64,000 nucleotides of DNA from contig CAINNR010000015.1 of assembly GCA_903851235.1 (NCBI GenBank), positions 11,327 through 75,326 on the forward strand. Reading direction: 5' to 3'. The position numbers and the translations under genes are program-made. Source of the DNA: an uncultured Candidatus Berkelbacteria bacterium. Lineage in GTDB: Bacteria; Patescibacteriota; UBA1384; XYA2-FULL-43-10; CAINNR01. The notes beneath the pieces are model-generated. The model had not been told where the DNA came from, ran no database searches, and saw only the letters and a list, made by a program, of their open reading frames with translations. Below, one piece after another: positions 45,886 through 55,658 of this stretch (within the stretch, counting starts at the first letter, position 1; the number at the start of each line of letters is the position of its first letter).

Positions 45886-45948
45886 ATCGGGTGGGTCGCC
45901 GACCTGCAAGACTGTAAATTGCACTTAAGCGATCATTAAACACCCGAT
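45886..45948. ncRNA. candidate structured cis-element, copy A (43-nt conserved core in a variable closing stem)
   Basis: atcgggtg | tgggtcgccgacctgcaagactgtaaattgcacttaagcgatc | attaaa cacccgat; core 41/43 identical to copy B; outer stem differs from B by a compensatory G:C to C:G change; 55 nt upstream of the 409-aa gene start. Confidence 0.45.
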
Positions 45949-46196
45949 TTTGTTTTTGCTAAGAATTCCAGAATTTCAGCATCTTTAATTTTTATATCAG
46001 CTTTTTTAATGCGATAAGATCCTATGGCGTAAATATGAGCTGAAGATTGTTTGCCGATGCGGCGAAAATGTTTTTGCAGTTTTTGTTTTTCACCTGCGAA
46101 AATTATCAACGACTTATTTTTATCACCAGTAAACGCAATAACCTTTGGTTTATTGGTGTTTTCGATTTTACCACTCTGATCAATTTCAATTCTCAT
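45936..46196 (-). CDS. hypothetical protein (86 aa)
   Basis: Basic small ORF within the T4SS cluster, no motif recognised. Confidence 0.3.
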   Translation of the reverse strand: MRIEIDQSGKIENTNKPKVIAFTGDKNKSLIIFAGEKQKLQKHFRRIGKQSSAHIYAIGSYRIKKADIKIKDAEILEFLAKTKSGV

Positions 46197-46211
46197 ATTT
46201 CCGCATAATTA

Positions 46212-46655
46212 TTAAAATTGATTTAATATGCTGGCGATTTTCTTTGTCACATTTATAGTTAACTCTTCGGTGATGGTACTTTGGTCAAGCTTTTTGCCCT
46301 TTAAATTTTCAAAATAGGAAACCAAATCGGCCAAAATAAGGTTATAAATTTTCTCGGCTGTCGCCGTCTTGTCGGCAACTGACAATCCAACAAACGCTGT
46401 CTCGATTCGCGGATCGGAAAGTACAATTCGCTTGGCGGCGGCATCAGCCAAAGTTTTTAAATCGCCTTTTTGGTGCAAAACGTTATATACAAAAAGCCCG
46501 ACGTGATTTCCCGCCACAACATGAGCAGTGATATTTAAATTAACGGTCTTTTTTATCTGCTCAAAACTTTGACCGGGATGATTTCTGATAATCGTCACCG
46601 CCTTTTCAGCGTCGTCAAAGATTTTTTTTAATTTGTTTTTCAGTTCGTCAGCCAT
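46212..46655 (-). CDS. hypothetical cytoplasmic protein (147 aa)
   Basis: Acidic, predicted helical; directly downstream of the VirB6-like gene. Confidence 0.35.
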   Translation of the reverse strand: MADELKNKLKKIFDDAEKAVTIIRNHPGQSFEQIKKTVNLNITAHVVAGNHVGLFVYNVLHQKGDLKTLADAAAKRIVLSDPRIETAFVGLSVADKTATAEKIYNLILADLVSYFENLKGKKLDQSTITEELTINVTKKIASILNQF

Positions 46656-48947
46656 TTATTTTTCCTCCGTTTCAAATTTAGCAGATGGGTCAATTTTCAA
46701 AGCAATCTCTCTGGCAGTGAGTAAATCGTCACGAGCAACACTTTCTTGACCGGCTTTGGCTAATCGCTCAAGTTCATTTGGGTCGCCGCCGTTTTTTAGC
46801 TCCTGAGCGACGAATTGAAGTGTGGCTTCCTGTCTTTCAGCCATCCTGATTGCTTGCACACCGGTAGATCTTGCAACACGAGTCTGGAGGATTTTGAGTT
46901 GTTCAGCAGCTGCTGGAGTAATTCCTTTTATTTGAACATCGAGTTCTGGAACATGCCCTATTCCAAAGCCAACACTGGTTGGCTTAAACATGTCGGCCAT
47001 GGTTTTTGCACTATCGATACCTCCCTCACCTTTGTTTTTCAATGTTTCATTGATATCATCCAGGCGACTTTCAATCCCGGCCATATCTACTGGGACTGCG
47101 GAAGATGCCCGGCTTTCCTCCTCTTCCTCCTCGGCGTCATAATCATCACCCGCACCAGCGGGTTGTCGTTCTGCTCGTTGTCGAGCCCTTTGTGCTGCTT
47201 GACGTTCTGCATTAGATTGAGGAACTCTTGCGCCTCTATCAACACTTACGTCACGATGGTCTGTCACCATATAGCCACCTTCGCCCGGTTTGCGAAAAAA
47301 TTCCTCAATTGTTTTAACTTCACCTTCCGGCATACTTCCGTCTTCCAGTTCTGCCAATCGTTTGTTATTTACTCTTCTTCTGGCTTCCTGAGTTGATGCA
47401 ATGTAGGCGGCAATTTCGTCTCCTCTTTTTTCTGGATCATTTAGGTTGACGCCCTTGCCACCCTGATCCTTTGATTTCATTAAATTTACCTTGAAATAAT
47501 CCTCAATACCTTTTCTATATTCAGGTTCGGTTGAAACTCTATAAACATCTGCCCGTTCTCTGGTTCCATCGGCGTTCCTGTGATACAACTGTCTTTCGGC
47601 AAGATCTTTAAGTTTAAACTGGTCTTTGTAATTTGGACCGGATTCTTCTGCGCCAAGATCGCCAAACACAGCTTTTAGCCGTCCCTTGGTGACTGGGTCT
47701 TTAGCCCGGACATCTTCCAACCACTTTGGCCCTTTGTCTTCCAAGAAGTTCATGATATTAATTTTTTTCCTGATTTCTTCTTGTTTTTTTATCTTTCTAG
47801 CGTACAGATCTCTTGTGACCGTGCCCTTACCAATTGCCCGGTCTATTGATCGCACGACAGGCAATTTTCTCGCGCCTTCTCTTGCCCAGTTTTTTCCAAC
47901 GCCGTATTGAAAACTGACATAATCTTTTGCGGCTTTAACTCCGACTCCTCCAGTTGCGTTCCAAGCTGCTCCGCCGGTTTTGGACCAGGCTTTTTTGCCG
48001 AAGTTTGCCCAAGCGCCGACGGCGGCACCACCGGCTTTAAACGGCGAAGTGATCGCCATATACAAGCAAAGACCGGCAAAACCCATTTGCAAAACCCATG
48101 ATCCATCAGGTCCGATAGTATTTAGAAACTCGCCTGCCAGCCAGAGCCAGAAAACGGAAATTACCGGCATAAAAACCCATTTTAAGAATTGACTCCACCA
48201 CTGTTGAAAGTATTTTTTGGTAATCGGCAAAATCATTGCCATAAAAGCCGCCGGAGAAATGCAAATTAGAAAATACAGGAAATAATTTCGGATTAAAAAG
48301 ATGAAGGCCAAAATTGCGACTAAAACGGCGCCGACTGCGACGAAAATTTGTTTTAGAATGTAGACGAGAATGTATCCTGGGTAATTGCCGGTAAAACCGG
48401 CCGGACCTGTTGGCGATTGTTTTATCAAACCATTAAATGCTCCGGTGACATTGCCGGCGTTGTCACCGGTTAAGAAGGCGGAGATTGCTACATTGCCAAT
48501 ATCCAACAACATTCTAGCGATTAAGAAGCTGAAATTTGCCAGAATTATAGCGATAATAAATGTTGGTAGGAATTTTTTGACCGCGTACGAATCCAGCTGA
48601 ATTCGCAAGATATTCATAAAGGCGACCCAAATCAGAACGGCAAGAACCAAGGAATCCACAACTTTCATGATTGTGTACCAAATTGTGACCGTGGTCGCGC
48701 CCATGCCGGTAAAGCACAACGAAGCGTCTTTGACAGTGCCGGTTGCGGCTTTGACAGTCGAATCGCAACCATCTTTTGGCATCATAACTTGATAAATCGG
48801 TTCGACCGTTGGCAATGCGGCTTGAGCTTTGAGCGGAGAAAAGAAAACAAAAAAGCTGAATAGAAAAATCGTTACTGAAAAAATTAGCGTTTTGTGAAGA
48901 AAAATTAGGTTTTTGATTTTTTTATTCATATTTGCAACCGATTTCAT
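46656..48947 (-). CDS. VirB6/TrbL-like polytopic membrane protein with extended hydrophilic C-terminal domain
   Basis: N-terminal signal/TM, at least 7 TM helices in the first 330 aa, then about 400-aa charged C-terminal region (extended VirB6 type); position in the T4SS cluster. Confidence 0.55.
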   Translation of the reverse strand: MKSVANMNKKIKNLIFLHKTLIFSVTIFLFSFFVFFSPLKAQAALPTVEPIYQVMMPKDGCDSTVKAATGTVKDASLCFTGMGATTVTIWYTIMKVVDSLVLAVLIWVAFMNILRIQLDSYAVKKFLPTFIIAIILANFSFLIARMLLDIGNVAISAFLTGDNAGNVTGAFNGLIKQSPTGPAGFTGNYPGYILVYILKQIFVAVGAVLVAILAFIFLIRNYFLYFLICISPAAFMAMILPITKKYFQQWWSQFLKWVFMPVISVFWLWLAGEFLNTIGPDGSWVLQMGFAGLCLYMAITSPFKAGGAAVGAWANFGKKAWSKTGGAAWNATGGVGVKAAKDYVSFQYGVGKNWAREGARKLPVVRSIDRAIGKGTVTRDLYARKIKKQEEIRKKINIMNFLEDKGPKWLEDVRAKDPVTKGRLKAVFGDLGAEESGPNYKDQFKLKDLAERQLYHRNADGTRERADVYRVSTEPEYRKGIEDYFKVNLMKSKDQGGKGVNLNDPEKRGDEIAAYIASTQEARRRVNNKRLAELEDGSMPEGEVKTIEEFFRKPGEGGYMVTDHRDVSVDRGARVPQSNAERQAAQRARQRAERQPAGAGDDYDAEEEEEESRASSAVPVDMAGIESRLDDINETLKNKGEGGIDSAKTMADMFKPTSVGFGIGHVPELDVQIKGITPAAAEQLKILQTRVARSTGVQAIRMAERQEATLQFVAQELKNGGDPNELERLAKAGQESVARDDLLTAREIALKIDPSAKFETEEK

Positions 48948-50797
48948 AATATTTTCTTGACAGAAAAATTAGGCGGACTGCCGGTGGCACTCCATTTGGC
49001 TGTTAGGTTTGCCTTTGTAACTACAATTGTAATTACTGTTTCATTGTCAAAAACTTCAATTTCCGGAGAGCTATTTTTACTGATTTTAGCGAGGTAAGCG
49101 CTGTCTGAACAAGTGACTTTCACTTTGATTTTTTTATTGGTTGAGTCCGGTTCGTAGAACACTATTTTTTCTGGATAACTTTGCTGATTTCCACTTCCGC
49201 CGTTTGTTGTTGAGTCCCAGACAAAAATGTTGCCATCCAATGGTTTGTTAACCAGTGAGTTTGCCTTACTGAAGTCACTGGCAGAAAGTGTCAGAACGCC
49301 GCGAAATTCACTTGGCGAATTGCTGGTTGCCGATGCGACAGCTGTGGAAGTGTCTGTGCCACCTGCTGGCGTTGTTGCCGCTGGCGTTGTTGCCGGTGCC
49401 GTTCCGGTGTTGGCTGGACTGACAGTTGTTGTATCAACGTTGGCAAAGTTGATTTTCAACCCGATAAAACTTGTTAGCAAAAGCCGAGCTTCGGTCATGC
49501 CCCAAGCCGCCGCGTCGTGAATTAGTTGTGCCAACCCACAACCCATGCTGTTCATAATACCAACGATGTTTGTACCGGCGCTACCCAAACCGCCACAGGA
49601 GCTTTCCTTGTCCGGTCCGACAACCGTTGGGGTTTCAATAATTCCTTTGATTTTCTCAAAATTTTTGACGGTTTCATTTACAGCACTAGAAAAAGCATCG
49701 AGTGACAGGTAAACTTCAGCATCAGGTTTATCTTCAAGCGCTTTATCGTATTTAAAAATTTTCATTTTATCTGTGCAAGGCCATTTGCCACCATTGGTTC
49801 CATCGTTGAGTTGAGCGATATCTTTTTGTAATTGTTGGGCGTCGGAATACAAAGTGCCCATTACTTGGTTTCCAGCATCATTTAGGACCCATTTGACGCT
49901 AGAGGTTGTATCACCACCCCATTTTGTCTCAAAAGCGGTCAATGATGCTCCGGCTATGAGACCGATGCCGGCTCCAACTAAACCGCCGACTTTTGCGCCG
50001 GCAGTTCCACCGAGTGCTAAATTCAGGGCTGCTAAATTAACGACTCCTGTGAGTGCTGAAGTTCCATTATCTTTCCAGTATGTCCCTGATTGTGGTGCAA
50101 TAGTTAGCAATGTTCGAACATCACCTTTCAGTGATTCCCATTTAGTTGACATATCAGTACAAACCGCAGTTTTATCGCTAGTATTTAGGGTATAAAAAAC
50201 TTTTGTTCCATTCCAAGTGCCGGAGCTTATGGCTTTGACCATAGTTGCCAAATCAGGATTTGATGTGTTTAATCCGGCACATAGACTATTGTCTGCTGCA
50301 GTAAAATCTCCAGGGGTAATCTTTCTGTAAGAATTTGAATTGTTCAGGTCTGTAGTATATGCGTTACCCACAACCCAGAGTCCGGTTCCTGCCGGATTCC
50401 AAACTATCAGATAAATTGGAGAAGACCAACTGGAGATTAGTGATGTTTTAGCGCTGCAAACCGCGCTGCTCGGATTTACCAATTTCTGGAGATAAATTTG
50501 ATCGAATGAAGTAGCTTTTGTACCGTCTGATGTGGTAGGGATATCATCTGCATTTATTTGATCTGGAGTTATAGGGCCCACATCATCGAAAAGGTATTGA
50601 ACGGACGTGTCTCCTTGCTTCATTGTTACACTTGTTTCTGTGATGTCACTGCTGGTGAATTGAAACGAAAGTGATACCGAACCGGGCGCTGGTGGGCTGA
50701 CTGCCCTGGCTTTTTGGACAACAAAAATCTGGCCGAACGAATTAAAAACAATTCCGGCGATTATGACTGCGACCAAGAAGATCTTCGTCAGCCGCAC
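48944..50797 (-). CDS. secreted Ser/Thr-rich surface protein (617 aa)
   Basis: Signal peptide MRLTKIFLVAVIIAGIVFNSFGQIFVVQKARA; Thr/Ala/Pro-rich linker ATTPAATTPAGGTDTSTAVA; stop overlaps the VirB6-like start by 4 nt. Confidence 0.45.
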   Translation of the reverse strand: MRLTKIFLVAVIIAGIVFNSFGQIFVVQKARAVSPPAPGSVSLSFQFTSSDITETSVTMKQGDTSVQYLFDDVGPITPDQINADDIPTTSDGTKATSFDQIYLQKLVNPSSAVCSAKTSLISSWSSPIYLIVWNPAGTGLWVVGNAYTTDLNNSNSYRKITPGDFTAADNSLCAGLNTSNPDLATMVKAISSGTWNGTKVFYTLNTSDKTAVCTDMSTKWESLKGDVRTLLTIAPQSGTYWKDNGTSALTGVVNLAALNLALGGTAGAKVGGLVGAGIGLIAGASLTAFETKWGGDTTSSVKWVLNDAGNQVMGTLYSDAQQLQKDIAQLNDGTNGGKWPCTDKMKIFKYDKALEDKPDAEVYLSLDAFSSAVNETVKNFEKIKGIIETPTVVGPDKESSCGGLGSAGTNIVGIMNSMGCGLAQLIHDAAAWGMTEARLLLTSFIGLKINFANVDTTTVSPANTGTAPATTPAATTPAGGTDTSTAVASATSNSPSEFRGVLTLSASDFSKANSLVNKPLDGNIFVWDSTTNGGSGNQQSYPEKIVFYEPDSTNKKIKVKVTCSDSAYLAKISKNSSPEIEVFDNETVITIVVTKANLTAKWSATGSPPNFSVKKIL

Positions 50798-50813
50798 TGT
50801 GACCCTCCTAAGG

Positions 50814-51485
50814 TTATTTCGATATCCTATTAAGATTATCTAACAATTTCTGCCAATAATCAACTTTTTCTTTATCGCCAATTAATTTTTCGATCGAAAT
50901 TGAGTCCTCGATCGCCGTTTTATTTATTGGATCAACGGTATAGGCTTTGGCGAAAGCGTCGGCTGCTTTCTGCCGGAAGCCTGGTTTTAATTCACTAAAC
51001 ACCTGGTCGTTGTCGGCCAATTTTGCGTTTGCCAATCCGAGAAAAACCCAGCTTTGATAATCCCCTGGACCATTGTTGGCACAAAATTCGAGGTTGACGA
51101 CGGCGACATCCGACATACTGTTTTCAATTAGATTTTTATCAAAGTCCAGATCACAAATTTTGGAATCGGCACGATCAATGATCTTAAGTAAATCATTATT
51201 TTTCTCGTCAAGCAAAAAACTTCGCAGCACCAAAATGTTCGCCGCTGAATCACGGGTGGTTTTTTCCAGATTTTTTGCATCGGTATTTTGTGGCTCAAGT
51301 GTTTGGGCTTTTTGAAATTTTACCAATGCCAGAGTGTAATTTCGCTCGGCAAGTAAATTTTTACCATCGGAGAGATTTTTTTTGTAGACATAATTTCGCC
51401 AGGGAATGGCGAGAGCAAAAAATAGGATCAGCCCGATGATAATCCAAAATACAGTTTTTAGGTTTTTGTTTTCAGTAACTTTCAT
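50814..51485 (-). CDS. membrane-anchored hypothetical protein (possible TPR-like helical repeats)
   Basis: Start placed at MKVTENKNLKTVFWIIIGLILFFALAI (TM anchor); helical C-terminal region; the longer upstream extension would overlap element B. Confidence 0.4.
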   Translation of the reverse strand: MKVTENKNLKTVFWIIIGLILFFALAIPWRNYVYKKNLSDGKNLLAERNYTLALVKFQKAQTLEPQNTDAKNLEKTTRDSAANILVLRSFLLDEKNNDLLKIIDRADSKICDLDFDKNLIENSMSDVAVVNLEFCANNGPGDYQSWVFLGLANAKLADNDQVFSELKPGFRQKAADAFAKAYTVDPINKTAIEDSISIEKLIGDKEKVDYWQKLLDNLNRISK

Positions 51486-51519
51486 AAAGTCTGTCGCTAT
51501 TGCCAAAATTATTGGTAAT

Positions 51520-51576
51520 AATCGGCTGGGTCGCCGACCTGCAAGACTGTGCATTGCACTTAAGCGATCGCCGATT
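51520..51576. ncRNA. candidate structured cis-element, copy B
   Basis: aatcggc | tgggtcgccgacctgcaagactgtgcattgcacttaagcgatc | gccgatt; 35 nt upstream of the 50814..51485 gene start and 32 nt after the uppP stop. Confidence 0.45.
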
Positions 51577-51608
51577 CTTTGTTTTTAACAATAGAGCTGT
51601 TTAGGCAT

Positions 51609-52403
51609 TTATCTCGTAAAATATATTATTGCTACAATTGCGGCGATGATTAGGCGATAAATGGCAAAAAGTGAGTAGCCGTGTTTTTCAATGTAGCGGA
51701 GCAGAAATTTAATGGCGAAGAATCCGGTTATGGCGCTGACCAAAATGGCGATGAAAAACGCTAAATTGAATGATGACCAAGAGTAATCTTTTAGCGTCAA
51801 AAGAAAGGCACCGAGCAGCGTCGGGGTTGCTAGCAGGAAACTGAAACGAGTTGCCGACTGGCGATCCATGTTCAAAAACAAGCCGGCGGTAGTTGTGATG
51901 CCGCTTCTGGAAACGCCGGGAACGATGGCCAAAATTTGAGCGACACCGACGATAAAACCTTTGAGATAACCGATATCTTTAATTTGATCCTTGCCGTTGG
52001 TGATTGAATCCGCCAGCCACAGAAGCAGACCGAAGAACGCCAGTGTGATGGCGATTAGAAGCTCATTTCGGAATGCTGTTTGGGCCAATTTATCAAGAAA
52101 GTAGCCGCCGAGTGCCGCCGGAATTGTCGAGACGACAATAATCCAGAAAAGGTTGTGAGGATATTTGGTTTGTGGCTTGCCGTGCGGGTTTAACCCATCG
52201 CCGATTATTGAAATCCAATCGTGCCAAAAGAAAGCGATAATTGCGATCGCCGTGCCGAAGTGAAGAGCGACATCAAAATCCAGCCCCTGATAATGCCAGT
52301 TAAAAATATAGGGAATAACTACCAAGTGACCGGAAGAGGAAATCGGTAAAAATTCACTGATTCCTTGAATGATGCCGAGAATGATGGCGTGTAAAATTGT
52401 CAT
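51609..52403 (-). CDS. uppP: undecaprenyl-diphosphate phosphatase
   Basis: N-terminal GIIQGISEFLPISSSGHL motif and 8-TM BacA topology. Confidence 0.85.
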   Translation of the reverse strand: MTILHAIILGIIQGISEFLPISSSGHLVVIPYIFNWHYQGLDFDVALHFGTAIAIIAFFWHDWISIIGDGLNPHGKPQTKYPHNLFWIIVVSTIPAALGGYFLDKLAQTAFRNELLIAITLAFFGLLLWLADSITNGKDQIKDIGYLKGFIVGVAQILAIVPGVSRSGITTTAGLFLNMDRQSATRFSFLLATPTLLGAFLLTLKDYSWSSFNLAFFIAILVSAITGFFAIKFLLRYIEKHGYSLFAIYRLIIAAIVAIIYFTR

Positions 52404-52418
52404 AGAATCCTTTTGGTA

Positions 52419-52958
52419 TTACTCTGCTGAATTATTTGCCCAGAAATCCTCAAAGTGTTCCATAAACCAATATGCCAGTGTTCCGGCAAAAATGCCAATA
52501 ACCGCTCCGAATAAAATTGCCGACGGATAATGGAAGCCATTAGCGACGCGGGCGACGGAGATACAGAGCGCGACAAACAACGTCGCCAAACCGATTTTTT
52601 TGTTGCCGTAGAGAATTAGCGTTGTGGCGATAGCGAAAGATAAATATATCTGGATTGAGGGAAAACTGTTGGCAATAATTGGTCCCGTAGAGTAGCCGGT
52701 TGCCGACTGTGAATACCAGAAAAGCCAGAGAATAAAACCAAGCGCAACAGAAAAAATTGATGACAGGACGGCGGCAAAGAGAGCGTTTATTCGCTCGCAG
52801 ACAATCAGATAAATCAAACCGACGATTATCAAAACGATTCCGTAGTCGGCGAACCAAAAAATCAGATTCGACCAAAAACTTGACTGTTTGGCGAAATCAT
52901 TCAAATAAAAAAAACTGCTGTAGTTCAATTGTCGCAAGTTGTCAAAAATTTGGTCCAT
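52419..52958 (-). CDS. PAP2-family membrane phosphatase
   Basis: Six TM helices; SFPS and SVARVANGFHYPSAILFGAVIG resemble PAP2 motifs 2 and 3. Confidence 0.5.
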   Translation of the reverse strand: MDQIFDNLRQLNYSSFFYLNDFAKQSSFWSNLIFWFADYGIVLIIVGLIYLIVCERINALFAAVLSSIFSVALGFILWLFWYSQSATGYSTGPIIANSFPSIQIYLSFAIATTLILYGNKKIGLATLFVALCISVARVANGFHYPSAILFGAVIGIFAGTLAYWFMEHFEDFWANNSAE

Positions 52959-53003
52959 TTCAAATAAAATTTTAGTCTAATTAGGCGCATTTGTCCAATC
53001 GGG

Positions 53004-53942
53004 CTAACTGGATTTTTCCTCGGTTCGTTTCCCATGAAAGGCTTTGTGAACATCGCGCAAGTGTTGGTCGGTGACATGAGTGTAAATTTGGGTTGTTGAG
53101 ACGTTGGCGTGGCCGAGAAGTGATTGGACGCTTCTCAGATCGGCGCCATTGATTAAAAGATCGGTGGCGAATGTGTGGCGCAGTGTGTGCGGTGAAACTT
53201 TTTTGCTGATTCCGGCGGCCTTGGCGTATTTGGCTACGATTCGTTCAATTGACCTGACGGTTAATCTACTGCCGGCAATTTTGTTTAGTATCAACTCTTC
53301 ACTGTCACCGATCAATTTGATATAGGTTTCCAAAATTTGGTGAGCGGAATCAGACAAAAAAACCACTCGGACTTTGCCACCTTTACCGCGGACGGGAATT
53401 TCGTTGCGCTCCAAATTGATATCGCCGATGTTCAAGTTTGCCAGTTCGGAAACCCGAAGTCCGGTCGAAAACAAAAGTTCCAAAATTAAACGATCTCTTA
53501 GCCCTTTGAAACTGGCAATATTTGGCATTTTTATCAGCAGGACGATATCCTTGGCCTCTAAAAATTCAACTTTCCGCTCCTGACTTTTTGCCAAGGCAAC
53601 TTTCTGCGGTGCAAGCGAGACGATCCCGCGACCGGCAAGAAACCCCAAAAATGCCCGGAGAGTAATAATATGATAATTTTGTGTCGAACGTTTAAGCGGC
53701 CGTCCCATTTTATCGGACAAGCGATTTAAATACAGACGATACTCTTTGACAGCATCGGAAGTGATTGCGTCGGCAGTCAATGGTTCTTTATCGGCGGGAT
53801 TATTCTGTCGTTTGAAATCGTCGAACCAAGTAATAAATTTTGTCAGGTAACGATCATAATTTGAAATGGTTAAAAGCGACTGGCCTTTTTCCAGTTCGCA
53901 ATATTCGAGAAACTCGCGTTTTAGACTCCAAAGATCTTTCAT
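53004..53942 (-). CDS. tyrosine site-specific recombinase, XerC/XerD family
   Basis: C-terminal HTLRHTFATDLL...GHANVSTTQIYTHV (R-H-R-Y catalytic residues), N-terminal SAM-like core-binding domain. Confidence 0.8.
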   Translation of the reverse strand: MKDLWSLKREFLEYCELEKGQSLLTISNYDRYLTKFITWFDDFKRQNNPADKEPLTADAITSDAVKEYRLYLNRLSDKMGRPLKRSTQNYHIITLRAFLGFLAGRGIVSLAPQKVALAKSQERKVEFLEAKDIVLLIKMPNIASFKGLRDRLILELLFSTGLRVSELANLNIGDINLERNEIPVRGKGGKVRVVFLSDSAHQILETYIKLIGDSEELILNKIAGSRLTVRSIERIVAKYAKAAGISKKVSPHTLRHTFATDLLINGADLRSVQSLLGHANVSTTQIYTHVTDQHLRDVHKAFHGKRTEEKSS

Positions 53943-53992
53943 GTCGCATAATATTATAGCAAATCATTTGCATCGCCAACAAAAAATCGGCG

Positions 53993-54178
53993 CTAGTTGC
54001 GCCGAGCGACTTTCGTTGCTGACTCCGACCATGGCTGGCCGGTAACCAGTTTGTATTTTGCGCGGAACGCCATTCCGTCAGCATCTTTTATTGCCGCGCG
54101 GAGCTGGGCGTCAGCGGTTCCGTCCGGGTCGTAGGCCTCCAACTGCTCGGGGTTCATACTCTTCCGTTCAGATCTCAT
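53993..54178 (-). CDS. small high-GC ORFan (61 aa)
   Basis: Roughly 55% GC; AAGGGGG RBS; followed on the minus strand by cggcgc-aacta-gcgccg hairpin + TTTTTTG terminator (53975-54003). Confidence 0.3.
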   Translation of the reverse strand: MRSERKSMNPEQLEAYDPDGTADAQLRAAIKDADGMAFRAKYKLVTGQPWSESATKVARRN

Positions 54179-54261
54179 CTTTGGCCCCCTTAGTTTTCTT
54201 TACACTACGAGATTATCAAAATAACATCTAAAAATCAATTTTAGCTTGGTTACCAGAGGTC

Positions 54262-55617
54262 TTATTCTTCTGAGATTGACATTTTGAAACGTTTTGCCAG
54301 TTCGTATTTAACAACCCGTCGATCGGAGAACGGTTCGAACTTATTTTCGCCAACCGCCATTACTTCCTCTGCGCCTTTACCGGTAATAATGACGATATCA
54401 CTTCGCGTTGCCATACTGATCGCTTTGGCGATTGCTTCGTGACGATCGAGAATTTTCCAATAATTAGTGTTTAAGCGCCACTTGCCTTTTTTGCCCTTAA
54501 GCACGCCGGCGGCAACAACGTCAATTATCTCGCTTGGGTCTTCGTCATACGGATCCTCGTTCGTGACGATAACAAAATCAGCGAACTTTCCCGCCAAGGC
54601 GCCCATAATCGGCCGCTTGGTTTTATCGCGTCGGCCGGTGGCGCCGAGGACAGCGATGATTTTCCCGCCGCGTTTTGCCATCGATTGCCGAATCGTTTCA
54701 TAAACATTTTTCAACGAATCGGCGTTGTGGGCGTAGTCAACTATAACCTCAAAATCCTGTTTTGCCGAAACTATTATTCGCTCCATTCGACCGGGTACGC
54801 CGGAAACTTTTTCCAGTCCGGTTTTAATCTTATCGAAAGGAATTTCGCAGGCGATGCCGACAGCGACCGCCGCCAGCGCGTTCGAAATATTGAACATCCC
54901 GGGGATTTGCAGGTCAATCGTCGTTTGATTACCGGCGTAGACGGCGGTGAAAATTGAACCGGTCGGACTTTCCAAGATTTTTCTGGCGACCAAACCGTTT
55001 TCAACCGGCTTTTTGACTGAAAAGAAAATCTGGCGTTTGTTTTTCGCTTCAATAAATGTTTGTGCCACACTGTCATCGATGTTGATTATTGCCGTCGCGT
55101 TGGGGTTATCCTTGAAAACTTTGAGTTTGGCGTCGATATATTTTTCGCGCGATCCGTGGTATTCAATGTGGTCGTGTGAAATGTTGGAGAAGACCAAAAT
55201 ATCAAAGTTGATGCCCCAAACGCGGTGTTGATCGATCGCCTGAGATGTGACTTCCAAAACGGCGTATTTGCAACCGGCGCTGATGGCTTTTTTAAGAAAA
55301 CTATTGATCACAGCCGTTGGCGGTGTCGTTACCCAACGGGATTTATCACTGTGCATAGTGACTTTGTCGCCGATTTTAGTATTGATTGTTGTTTCCATCG
55401 CCGATTTTTCGCCCGTAGCATCCAAAACCGCCGCCACTAAATTTGCGATTGTGGTTTTGCCCTTGGTACCGGTGACGCCGATAATTTTTATCTTTTTTGA
55501 CGGATTGCCGGCGGAAAAATTCGACCAATTGGCTTGAAGCTTATGGTATTTGTTTTTACTAGACTGAGAGATAAGTTTTGAAATGTAACGCTTCATAATA
55601 TTGTTTGTTAAACCCAA
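54262..55617 (-). CDS. Mur ligase family protein, MurE-like
   Basis: IIGVTGTKGKTT P-loop, DHIEYHGSREKYIDAK Mur-ligase signature, DYAHNADSL C-terminal motif; shorter than canonical MurE. Confidence 0.55.
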   Translation of the reverse strand: MGLTNNIMKRYISKLISQSSKNKYHKLQANWSNFSAGNPSKKIKIIGVTGTKGKTTIANLVAAVLDATGEKSAMETTINTKIGDKVTMHSDKSRWVTTPPTAVINSFLKKAISAGCKYAVLEVTSQAIDQHRVWGINFDILVFSNISHDHIEYHGSREKYIDAKLKVFKDNPNATAIINIDDSVAQTFIEAKNKRQIFFSVKKPVENGLVARKILESPTGSIFTAVYAGNQTTIDLQIPGMFNISNALAAVAVGIACEIPFDKIKTGLEKVSGVPGRMERIIVSAKQDFEVIVDYAHNADSLKNVYETIRQSMAKRGGKIIAVLGATGRRDKTKRPIMGALAGKFADFVIVTNEDPYDEDPSEIIDVVAAGVLKGKKGKWRLNTNYWKILDRHEAIAKAISMATRSDIVIITGKGAEEVMAVGENKFEPFSDRRVVKYELAKRFKMSISEE

Positions 55618-55658
55618 ATGATAAAATGCTTAAATAATTTTGGCTTTGAACTTTGGAT

